NCBI GenBank assembly: GCA_024720975.1
Contig: JANJXX010000001.1
Coordinates: 314,811-346,810 of the forward strand
Direction of reading: 5' to 3'
From: Thermoproteota archaeon
GTDB taxonomy: Archaea > Asgardarchaeota > Njordarchaeia > Njordarchaeales > Panguiarchaeaceae
Length of the DNA stretch: 32,000 bases
Position 1 is the first letter of the stretch. Each line of letters starts with the position of its first letter. Made by a program: the position numbers and the translations under genes. Below the pieces are notes generated by a model, which was not told where the DNA came from, ran no database searches, and saw only the letters and a list, made by a program, of their open reading frames with translations. Shown here in pieces: positions 15,801-24,221 of the stretch.

Positions 15801-16824
15801 GCCTATAGGTATTGTTACAAGTCAGAGTTTAAGCGAACCAGCAACACAACTGACATTAAGAACTTTCCATTGGGCTGGCGCTGTTGCGATAACAAGGGGT
15901 CTACCGAGAATCAAAGAAATATTTGATGCTGTAAGAGTTATCAAACGACCAATAATAAGGGCGTACCTTGAAGCGGACTTCCGTGAAGATGAAAAAAAGG
16001 CATATTCAGTCTTAGCTAGGATTAAGGGTATAAGTCTGGAGGATGTCGCTACAGACATTATACTAGACGCTGAAGGCAGGAAAATCATTATAAGCTTAGA
16101 TCCAGAGAAACTTAGCAAGCATGATGTTAGCATTGATGACATAGATAAAAAGCTCCGCGTAAATAAGAAAATAGAAGTCACCACAGATAAGGAGAAGAAA
16201 CAAATCGTTATAGAATTACCTTCAGGGAAAGCACTAAGAGGGAGAGAGCCTTCACTTGGTGAACTGTACATGAAGTTACGATCATCATTGATCATCAAAG
16301 GTATTGCTGACTACACCGATGCCAAATTGACAAAGAAGAGTGGTTCCAAGGAATACTACTTAGTTATAGCATCACAGAACTTGTCTAACATATTGTGCCA
16401 AGATGGTATAGATCTATCGAGGCTTGAATGCAATAACATCCGCGAATTTGCAAAGATATATGGCATTGAAGCTGCAAGACTTCTTGCCATAAAAGAGACT
16501 CTCGATGTTCTTGACTACTACGGTTTGGACGTAGATGTCCGTCATATCTCCATGGCTGTTGATGCTCAATTCTGGCCCGGTAAGCCAACGCCTATCGGAC
16601 GCTATGGCTTAGTTCGTGCTAAACAGTCAGTACTTGCCCGCGCTTCATTCGAGGAGGTAAAGAAGCACATTATAGCTGCCGCTATAGCCGGTGAGATAGA
16701 CCCAGTAATTGGAGTAGCAGAGAGCGTAATAACAGGTCAGACTCTGCCAGTTGGAACTGGAGTTGTAAGAGTATTTTATGGATTTGGAGGCAAATCAGAT
16801 AAAACGGAAGAAGAAAGCCACTAA
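12823..16824 (+). CDS. rpoA: DNA-directed RNA polymerase largest subunit, A' and A'' regions fused in one ORF
   Basis: FGILSPDEI, Zn motifs CETCG...CVGHFG and CERCGR...[20 protein letters not shown], catalytic [10 protein letters not shown], bridge helix [23 protein letters not shown]. The A''-type motifs follow ([58 protein letters not shown]) with no intervening stop. I chose TTG 12823, which sits 5 nt after GGTGAT at 12812-12817; the track ORF starts at GTG 12811. Confidence 0.9.
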   Translation: [1333 protein letters not shown]

Positions 16825-16828
16825 TATT

Positions 16829-18217
16829 CTAAAACTTAATTTTTTCAACCAAATACGAAGGGAGCAGTTTATTTATTCTCTGTGAATACTCTGTGCTGAA
16901 GTATTTGATGAACTCTGCCTGCGATTGCGTGGAACTCATAGGTATACCATCAGATATCCTCAAAAGTTCATATACTACCCCGAGTAAATTGGTCACGATT
17001 CTTAAAAGTTTAGAGTCACTCAATAAACTCGTTGCAATCCTAATCATCTGTTCACCTGAGGCTATTTGCTCCAGGAACGAAGTTTTTAAGAGGAGCTTAG
17101 GAATCCACACGTAGGCATCTTCAAGTGTCGCACTCCTCATCATTAAGAGTATTACCCTGATTATGTCTAATATCTCAGAAAAGGGAAATATTACTTTTGC
17201 ATTATAGTCATTGATCTTCGCAGATATCTCCTCCAGGGGAATTCCAGAGTCCATTAAATTAAGCACAGTTCTAGTAAGCTTTCGCACAATATCGTTGTTA
17301 TGTACTATGCCCGAGAAAATCGTTGGATATATTCCTAAATTTGATGCACCTAAGAGGAATACAGACTCAGATGGCGACACTAAGAGAAGTGGCCTTCCTA
17401 AAATGATTCTCCTTGAATGTATGTTAACTATACGCCCAACAACACCAAAAGAGTTTTTTATTATATTTGCACTTTCTCTAGGTGTCTTGCTCGTAAGGTA
17501 AGTATTGTAGTATCCCGAGATCAAGATTTTATCATTTTCTAAGCTGAACAAGAAAGCAATTCCCCCCGGAACGGCGAACTCATTGAATACTACATGCAAA
17601 GCTTCCTTGTCTATGGGAATTCTAGTTGATTCTAGCAATGCTTGGTAAAATAAAAAGCTATTATGCCTAAAGAGTTCGTAGCCCTCCCTTTTCATTACTT
17701 CCCTAGTGAGAAACCAATCAAAACCGGAGGAATCAATAATACTGTTGGCCTCAAAAACTTTCGAGCTTCTACCTGCAGCTAAAATTTTGATCGCCTTTTC
17801 CTCTGATTCTTTCTGGATCTTAATAGCCTGAGTCTGCTCGCGTATAAATTCTCCATCTATCAGGCGGGATAGTGCCCATCTGAGAAGTGACATATTCACT
17901 ATAGCAACTGGAATCTCGTATTCAAAAATCGTTCTCCCGTTATAGTCGTGCATTTGAATTAAATCGTAAAAGGCGATTTCTTCAAGTTTATCTATTCCGA
18001 GACTCCTTACCATTTCTTCAAAACTCGAGCCCGGAGAGATAACGTATAAAGATTCTAGCTTGGGATCGTAAGGATCCTTCTCTAGTAGCAGCATCTCTGA
18101 GTGTTCTAATTCGTCCTGCAACAACAAAGTGGCGGTCAATCCTGCTTGACCACCCCCAATTATAACTAACTTCAACAAGATCCCCACATAATAGTGCTTC
18201 AATGAGATGGATAGCAA
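16829..18217 (-). CDS. FAD-dependent oxidoreductase-like protein, divergent geranylgeranyl-reductase-like fold
   Basis: It has an N-terminal Rossmann motif VIIGGGQAGLTATLL..E....LLEK, IIDSSGFDW (compare the GADG motif) and VPGGIAFLF. The usual GDAAG motif is replaced by LLGASNLG. GTG 18187 (MGILLKLVIIGGG) is a likelier start than TTG 18217. Confidence 0.5.
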   Translation of the reverse strand: MLSISLKHYYVGILLKLVIIGGGQAGLTATLLLQDELEHSEMLLLEKDPYDPKLESLYVISPGSSFEEMVRSLGIDKLEEIAFYDLIQMHDYNGRTIFEYEIPVAIVNMSLLRWALSRLIDGEFIREQTQAIKIQKESEEKAIKILAAGRSSKVFEANSIIDSSGFDWFLTREVMKREGYELFRHNSFLFYQALLESTRIPIDKEALHVVFNEFAVPGGIAFLFSLENDKILISGYYNTYLTSKTPRESANIIKNSFGVVGRIVNIHSRRIILGRPLLLVSPSESVFLLGASNLGIYPTIFSGIVHNNDIVRKLTRTVLNLMDSGIPLEEISAKINDYNAKVIFPFSEILDIIRVILLMMRSATLEDAYVWIPKLLLKTSFLEQIASGEQMIRIATSLLSDSKLLRIVTNLLGVVYELLRISDGIPMSSTQSQAEFIKYFSTEYSQRINKLLPSYLVEKIKF

Positions 18218-18254
18218 CTGAGGGATTATTGCAGGAATCTAGAGGAAATTCAAT

Positions 18255-18602
18255 TTATCCTGACTCTTCGGAGACCCGCTCTATTTTCTCGGTTTCTACT
18301 GGACGTAAGTAGTACTTTGCACGAAGTTCCTCAAGCGTTATCCTCTCAAGAACTAATATCTGGTACATAAGCCTAATAACAGCGCCAGCTACTCTGTTTC
18401 TCATTTTCTTCGATCTAATATTGGTCAAGCGTTTGACAGTCTCCTTGTATGAATTAAAGCGAAACTGCCCGGCAAGCAGTGGATTTCCAGTTATTTGTTT
18501 AAGCTCCTCAGCCTTGTCCCATATGTTCTTTAGTAGATCAAAGTAGTTAGCCACCAAATATCGAGCTACATTTTTTACGAATCTCGGCTTAATACGCCCC
18601 AA
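18255..18602 (-). CDS. rps17e: 30S ribosomal protein eS17
   Basis: From TTG 18602 the protein starts MGRIKPRFVKNVAR (compare eS17 MGRVRTKTVKKAAR) and contains IRSKKMRNRVAGAVIRLM. The track start at GTG 18611 adds 3 aa. Confidence 0.8.
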   Translation of the reverse strand: MGRIKPRFVKNVARYLVANYFDLLKNIWDKAEELKQITGNPLLAGQFRFNSYKETVKRLTNIRSKKMRNRVAGAVIRLMYQILVLERITLEELRAKYYLRPVETEKIERVSEESG

Positions 18603-18852
18603 GAATAACACCCAGTTTGTAGCTGCAGCTTATGTCTAAATCCATCCTCTTCTAACTTTAGTAATATTAAAAAAGGTTTTCTCATAAGACAGCTCTTTTA
18701 GGAAATGCTATTTTAACCTTTAAGAAGGATATTCTGGATATCAAAGCTTATGAATAAAAATTACCCTTGAAGTAAAATAACTGGAGAGCTTTGATTTATC
18801 TTTATGGGATTGCGTATCATTATTGAGAAGGGAGACATAGAAGGAGAAAAAC

Positions 18853-19836
18853 ATGTCAGAGGAAAGCATAGAAGAAACTCCTGAGGAAATTCTTATCGAT
18901 GAAAACTTCGTAAAACAAGCGTACGACAGAGTATATAGGGAACTGAAGAAAGCCATAATAGGTATGGATGAAATAATCAAACTTACGTTCATTAGCATCC
19001 TTTCTGGAGGTCACATCCTGCTTGAAGGAATGCCTGGCGTGGGTAAGACATATTTAGCCCAGAACTTTGCAAATTCTATAGGCGCCACCTTTAAGAGAAT
19101 ACAAATGACCCCCGATATGCTACCGGCTGACATACTTGGATCATACATTTACGATCAGAAGGAAGGCACGTTCAAATTCCGTCGTGGGCCTATATTCGCT
19201 AACATAATCCTAGCAGATGAAATTAATAGAGCCCCTCCTAAAACACAGGCTGCTTTATTGGAGGCTATGGAAGAACGCCAAGTAACAATAGAGGGGGTAA
19301 CATATAAACTTCCCGAACCATTCCTTGTAATCGCAACACAAAATCCAGTAGAATTAGAAGGAACGTATCCCCTCCCAGAGGCACAGCTAAGTCGCTTCAT
19401 GATGTATCTGTTTATAGATTACCCCACCGAGGAAGAAGAGTTAGAAATTTTAAAACTTAAACTTAAAACTACAAAACGAGTCTTAACTAGCCAAGTAATA
19501 AGTTCGAGAACCATCCTAGAAATGCAAAAGTTTTTGCAAACCAAAGTTGATGTCAGCGAAGAGATTCTTAGATACATAAAAGACATTATCATGGCGATTA
19601 GGAGAGACTCTCGAGTATTATTTGGCTGTTCTCCAAGAGAATCAATATCACTACTGCTAGCATCGAAAGCCCATGCTCTCATAAATGGGCGCGCGTATGT
19701 TGTACCTGATGATGTGAAAGCCGTTGCTCCGTTTACATTACCTCATCGCGTATTCCTAAAACCTGAGGTTGAACTTGGAGGAGTTAAACCAATAGATATC
19801 ATAACGACGGCTCTTGAGAGCGTCCCTAGTCCGTAG
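18853..19836 (+). CDS. moxR: MoxR-family AAA+ ATPase
   Basis: Walker A LLEGMPGVGKT, Walker B/sensor ILADEINRAPPKTQAALLEAMEERQVT and VIATQNPVELEGTYPLPEAQLSRF give a classic AAA_3/MoxR layout. Confidence 0.9.
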   Translation: MSEESIEETPEEILIDENFVKQAYDRVYRELKKAIIGMDEIIKLTFISILSGGHILLEGMPGVGKTYLAQNFANSIGATFKRIQMTPDMLPADILGSYIYDQKEGTFKFRRGPIFANIILADEINRAPPKTQAALLEAMEERQVTIEGVTYKLPEPFLVIATQNPVELEGTYPLPEAQLSRFMMYLFIDYPTEEEELEILKLKLKTTKRVLTSQVISSRTILEMQKFLQTKVDVSEEILRYIKDIIMAIRRDSRVLFGCSPRESISLLLASKAHALINGRAYVVPDDVKAVAPFTLPHRVFLKPEVELGGVKPIDIITTALESVPSP

Positions 19837-19845
19837 ATATAGTGC

Positions 19846-21138
19846 CTATACAGTGAAATTCTGTAAATTGGAACCTACGAAGTACTTTCTGACTATCGCG
19901 AGGTAGTAGTTATTCATCTCACGAAATATACGAGCAGTTTCAATAGAGCTGCTTTTCCTTCTACCAAGCAGCAACTGGACTAAATTCTCCTTTGCTATTT
20001 CCCTTAAGACAATGGTTGCAAATGAACCTTTAGGCAATGAAAACATAACCAAATAATCTCTCCCTCCCTCCTTCCTAAGCGCGGGATCCTTCAGCAATAT
20101 TCTACTCACTCTAAATCCACCCCGCGATATTTCTAACTTGGCGCAAGTCACCTTAAAATCCTTCGGTGAAATGCCCTCTCCATCAAGTATTTCCTTTATA
20201 GCCGATGCTGTCTTGCTGTCAAGGGTTTCAAGATTTAGCTTATGGCCGACGAGCGGCAGCTTCCTCGGCGGATCTTCTAACTCGCTCAAGAGTAAGTTAA
20301 ATAGAAAAGACTGATACGCCTCAACGACTAGTCTAAGCAAACCTTGTGGCATGTAGCGTAATATTTTTATTGGATCCACTCCTTTTGTAAGGCCCCTTAG
20401 TACTAATCGTTCAAGCCAAAATTTTCGCGCTGGCAAAAGTTTCAACGCGTCTCCATACTTACGCTCCTCTAAGAGATCTATAAACGCTTCTCTGTTAGGG
20501 AATAGTGGATTTACTTCCCTGAGAAAAGTCATCAACGCCTCCTCATACAGCCCCAGAAGTATCATTTTGCCTACAATATGATTTGTAGGCTTCCAGATCC
20601 CGAACCTTTGATGCCCGAAGAAATTAAGAATTTGCTCCTTTACGATTTCATGGAATACATCTTCTAAGCAGCCTACAACATTTCGAAGTCGTATTCTAAA
20701 CCTATTTCCTTGATGATCACCAATGGAGATTCTCCTAAGCTCGCGGATTGGGTTGTAAATTTTCATGTTTTTAGGAAGTTTCAATGACACTAGATTCTCT
20801 GGAGGGACGTTAAACACGCAAGCACGCTGAGCTGTAAGGGCCTCTTTATCCTTTAGACCACTTAGGAAGAAAAAGTTAGACGGTACATTAAGTCTCTTGG
20901 ATAGGATTTTTATAGCGATAAGCGTGTCCATGTTGCGTTTGACCAGAATGAAGTGTGTAAATAGTCCCGGATAACCGCTAGGTCTTAGCTTTGGATCATC
21001 AACGGATATTATTGTTCCATCTTTAAGAATTTCTTCTACTATGAAGTCATCTACGCAGTGCAATTCAGCATATATCGCTTTAGTAGATTCAGTTGAATAC
21101 TTATGAATACCACATATGTGATCCAGAGCACTAGCCAT
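19846..21138 (-). CDS. truD: tRNA pseudouridine synthase TruD/Pus7
   Basis: GLKDKEALTAQ contains the catalytic Asp motif, and NFFGHQRFG is the TruD signature. The length is 430 aa. Confidence 0.85.
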   Translation of the reverse strand: MASALDHICGIHKYSTESTKAIYAELHCVDDFIVEEILKDGTIISVDDPKLRPSGYPGLFTHFILVKRNMDTLIAIKILSKRLNVPSNFFFLSGLKDKEALTAQRACVFNVPPENLVSLKLPKNMKIYNPIRELRRISIGDHQGNRFRIRLRNVVGCLEDVFHEIVKEQILNFFGHQRFGIWKPTNHIVGKMILLGLYEEALMTFLREVNPLFPNREAFIDLLEERKYGDALKLLPARKFWLERLVLRGLTKGVDPIKILRYMPQGLLRLVVEAYQSFLFNLLLSELEDPPRKLPLVGHKLNLETLDSKTASAIKEILDGEGISPKDFKVTCAKLEISRGGFRVSRILLKDPALRKEGGRDYLVMFSLPKGSFATIVLREIAKENLVQLLLGRRKSSSIETARIFREMNNYYLAIVRKYFVGSNLQNFTV

Positions 21139-21144
21139 CCTGTG

Positions 21145-21528
21145 TTACCAATCCTTAAGCAGAGGCAAATCGCCTGATACTTTATCAATTTGATTTTCAA
21201 ACCATGGTCCAAGTACTAGAACGGTTACTGTCCCTGGCGGAATTTCTGTTAAGCCTGCGTCGGTTATTATTGCCGAGGGAACGCCTATAATCTTCGACTT
21301 TTCATATCTATTCAGAAGCTCTCTCAAATTTTCAACGAGTAGCACTACCTTCTTCTGACCTTGTTTGATCCATAGCTCACTGATTTCTGGCCTTATTTTT
21401 TGTACAACAAGGAATCCTTCAATTGCAGCATGTGCTACATGTGCAGCTAATTTACCTACTGATAAACCCAGTGATTTTAAATCCTTCCTGACAATTATTA
21501 CTTGCTTTATTGGTGTTGTTGCTAACAT
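21145..21528 (-). CDS. pth2: peptidyl-tRNA hydrolase, archaeal/eukaryal Pth2 type
   Basis: KQVIIVRKDLKSLGLSVGKLAAHVAHAA...KKVVL...ITDAGLTEIPPGTVTVLVLGP is colinear with Pth2. Confidence 0.88.
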   Translation of the reverse strand: MLATTPIKQVIIVRKDLKSLGLSVGKLAAHVAHAAIEGFLVVQKIRPEISELWIKQGQKKVVLLVENLRELLNRYEKSKIIGVPSAIITDAGLTEIPPGTVTVLVLGPWFENQIDKVSGDLPLLKDW

Positions 21529-21554
21529 CTATGAAACACCTAAACGTGATTTCA

Positions 21555-22115
21555 ATGCATATAATAGATCTCAAGAGGAATCTATTGAGAGCATATATCT
21601 GGTATTTATTAGAAGAAGTCACAGTAATTCCAAGAAAAGATTACACACTAAACTTACTTGATTCCCAGATATCCCTAGTAGTTGGAGAAGAAAAAAAGCT
21701 TCCACGTTTTGTAGCAAGAATTCTGGAGAAGAAAGACATCGTTAAAATCTCAGATGAGCCTCAACGAACTGCGGTTATAAGCGATTTAATAAGGCTAAGT
21801 CAACAAGGTTCGCAATTACAACTACAAGCTCTTGAAGGAAATTTCTATATGCGCCTTGCAGAAGCATTACCAAAGCTAAGCTCAACTCAACTTAATGAAT
21901 TAAAACCATGCTTAGAGGCGCTAGTTAGCAAGCGACTGCTAAGGATTATTCACCGATTCCACACCCGAAACTTGGAAGGATTAGATCTTTTAGAACAAAT
22001 GCTTCTAAAGTCGGTGCTAAAGCTTTTAGATGAATTTAGTACAACGATTCTGGAGGATTTAATGAATGTAGAAAGCAACTTACTTAAATGGATAGAAGGA
22101 CAGTCTTCTAAATGA
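21555..22115 (+). CDS. probable GINS complex subunit (Gins23/Psf2-Psf3-like, B-A domain order)
   Basis: An N-terminal beta-domain-like segment (VTVIPRKDYTLNLLDSQISLVVGEEKKLPRFVARILEKKDIVKI) is followed by a helical A-domain pattern (LEGNFYMRLAEALPKL...LVSKRLLRIIH...LDLLEQMLLKSV). I chose ATG 21555; 21510 and 21531 are alternatives and overlap or abut the pth2 start. Confidence 0.45.
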   Translation: MHIIDLKRNLLRAYIWYLLEEVTVIPRKDYTLNLLDSQISLVVGEEKKLPRFVARILEKKDIVKISDEPQRTAVISDLIRLSQQGSQLQLQALEGNFYMRLAEALPKLSSTQLNELKPCLEALVSKRLLRIIHRFHTRNLEGLDLLEQMLLKSVLKLLDEFSTTILEDLMNVESNLLKWIEGQSSK

Positions 22116-22128
22116 TTAGATGCTATAG

Positions 22129-22698
22129 CTATTTAAGCTCGATAACGTGAAGATCCTCGTAAATAGGCCCCCTGCTTGTTAACGTACTTTTTTTAATTTT
22201 CACACTGTTTATTAGTAAACTACCTATTTCGACATTTGACAGATTCTTGATTTCATTCACCAGCTTAGAATTATATTTCTTAACACGAGCTAGTGTTATG
22301 TGAGGAGAAAACTCTTTTTCCTCCTTTCGAAATCCATGTCTGGGCAAATTTTTTCGAAGACAATTAGCTATTTGAGACAAAATTTCCTGTCCATATTTCA
22401 TTCCGACCCACACGACTCTAGGGCTTGAAAATTTAGGAAACGCGCCCACCCCTGCTAGGTAAATTTCAAAACTACCTGTGCCTTTGCAACATGATTCAAC
22501 TATTTCCTTTACTAGTCCAATTTTTTCCTCGGGTATTTCACCAAGAAAATACAATGTTAAATGAATATTTTCGGGCTCGACCGGCTTCATTGTAGCTCCT
22601 GTTGCCACGAGTCTTTTTTGCAACTCAATTAATTTTAAGACTACATCCTTCGAATTTATATCAATCGCTACAAAAGTGCGAATCAAAGTTACCACCAT
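22129..22698 (-). CDS. thpR: RNA 2',3'-cyclic phosphodiesterase / 2'-5' RNA ligase family (ThpR/LigT)
   Basis: It has two HxT/S motifs (HLTLYFLGE and HITLARVK) in a 189-aa 2H-phosphoesterase layout. Confidence 0.85.
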   Translation of the reverse strand: MVVTLIRTFVAIDINSKDVVLKLIELQKRLVATGATMKPVEPENIHLTLYFLGEIPEEKIGLVKEIVESCCKGTGSFEIYLAGVGAFPKFSSPRVVWVGMKYGQEILSQIANCLRKNLPRHGFRKEEKEFSPHITLARVKKYNSKLVNEIKNLSNVEIGSLLINSVKIKKSTLTSRGPIYEDLHVIELK

Positions 22699-22752
22699 AA
22701 GCTTATAATCCTGGAATCTTGTGATGATGCAATAATAATTAAAACCATTTTA

Positions 22753-24204
22753 ATGAGCTTTAGTAGGGTGCCTGATATGACAAGCAAATACCACTTTGCC
22801 ATGGCAGTGCTAATGGCGTTAATCATCTTAATTTCATCAACAATATTGCAAGTTGATGTAGTTACTAGAGATGCCAAGGCAATAAACATCTTGCGAAACA
22901 AGCAAGGTTACAACCCCTTAATCGCAATATACACTGAAGGCAAGCCTGAACTTTCTATTACTGATTACTCAGACCTACTAGCTATAATTGATGGTCTTGG
23001 TTTGCGCTACAAAAACATCTCTAAACTATCATTCATTGAGCTAGCAAATACGACTTCGCTATTATTGCTGGGACAACGCGAATTCAGTGACGCCGATATA
23101 GACACGCTAACGAAATATGTCATGCTATCCGGGGGGTCAATCTTATACCTTGTACCAACTAATTTAACCGAGAGTTCTAAAAAGTTCCTAAAACTATTTG
23201 GAATACAACCACTTGGCATCGCTTATGACAATGTTTCGCATTATGAGAATGATAGTAGGATAATAATTCTTAACAAAACTTGGCATACAGAATCTCACTT
23301 GATGCGGGATCTAGAATCGATAATCGTCGCTAATGCATCTGCTTTAAATCTAACTAGTAGCCTTGACATTCTTACTAACTTCAATCTAACGAACACCTTA
23401 AATATTTCGGACAACAGAAGTGTGCCGCTAGTGTATTCATCTCCGTTAATTTGGGGTGGCAACAACACCACAGTCGAGTACAAAAAGGGCTATTATCTCT
23501 ATGGACCTAACGTAACGCTTGGTGTTTCAATAAAACTCTGGTCTGGGAGCCGGGTACTTGTTATCTCATCTCCTCACACGTTCGCTAATAGATACATAAG
23601 GCTGCCTCAATTTGATAATGAAAAGTTACTGAAGAATACTATTCGGTGGCTCATCAAAGACCTTGAGAGTATTAGAATAGCAACGGAAAGTCGTTCTCCA
23701 GAGGATGGTCTCGTATATTTAGCTAGTGGTGTTGGTCATATAAGCGCGACCTTTCGAGTCACTATAGGAGGTTTGGATTATCAAAGCAACTTGGAAGGTA
23801 GCAATAAAACTCTGATTTCAGAGCTTGGTCTAAATCTGTTAGCCGGTATAGAGTATTTAGGTATACTGACTAGGCTGTTTGATCCGAAAATAGTAAACGA
23901 AACTTACAACACTACAACCAAAGAGGCGCAACTCGTTGTGGAGGCTGCAACGAACGTTTCATATGAAAGATCCGTAGTAGTATACCTGCGCTTAGTCGTA
24001 TTTAATGACCAGTATGGTTTCTTTTGGAGTGAAAGGATAAGATTTGAAATTTTGATTCCAAGGGTATTACTCGGAAAGTTTCATCCCGTAGTTTTAATAG
24101 CTGCGATTGCAATTGCATTTAATGTTGTTCTAGCAATTCTGTTGTATCCCCACGCAAAGAAATACAAGCAAAGTGTCAAAGAATTTGAAAAGAAAATACA
24201 ATGA
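22753..24204 (+). CDS. secreted, C-terminally membrane-anchored, N-glycosylation-sequon-rich protein with a DUF4350/GldG-like (amidotransferase-like) domain pattern
   Basis: It has an N-terminal hydrophobic segment (FAMAVLMALIILISS), ~17 N-x-S/T sequons, the motif FSDADIDTLTKYVMLSGGSILYLVP and ...DNEKLLKNTIRWL, and a C-terminal TM (VVLIAAIAIAFNVVLAILLY) plus a basic tail. Confidence 0.55.
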   Translation: MSFSRVPDMTSKYHFAMAVLMALIILISSTILQVDVVTRDAKAINILRNKQGYNPLIAIYTEGKPELSITDYSDLLAIIDGLGLRYKNISKLSFIELANTTSLLLLGQREFSDADIDTLTKYVMLSGGSILYLVPTNLTESSKKFLKLFGIQPLGIAYDNVSHYENDSRIIILNKTWHTESHLMRDLESIIVANASALNLTSSLDILTNFNLTNTLNISDNRSVPLVYSSPLIWGGNNTTVEYKKGYYLYGPNVTLGVSIKLWSGSRVLVISSPHTFANRYIRLPQFDNEKLLKNTIRWLIKDLESIRIATESRSPEDGLVYLASGVGHISATFRVTIGGLDYQSNLEGSNKTLISELGLNLLAGIEYLGILTRLFDPKIVNETYNTTTKEAQLVVEAATNVSYERSVVVYLRLVVFNDQYGFFWSERIRFEILIPRVLLGKFHPVVLIAAIAIAFNVVLAILLYPHAKKYKQSVKEFEKKIQ

Positions 24205-24221
24205 GAACATGAGACCTTTAT

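Noticed and set aside
13551-16588. Long antisense ORFs inside rpoA (13551-13928, 14640-14969, 15009-15362, 15822-16298, 16385-16588)
   Set aside because: They sit opposite a strongly conserved coding frame. Their Ser/Leu/Ile-rich, low-complexity products are typical of shadow ORFs in AT-rich, codon-biased genes. The same reasoning applies to the antisense ORFs within fbp, radA, prx, topA, moxR, the flavoprotein gene, pyrH and valS.
21510-21554. Upstream extension of the GINS-like ORF overlapping the pth2 start
   Set aside because: Starting at 21510 would overlap the divergent pth2 coding start by 19 nt and add a hydrophobic, non-conserved leader. The internal ATGs at 21531 and 21555 are more plausible.
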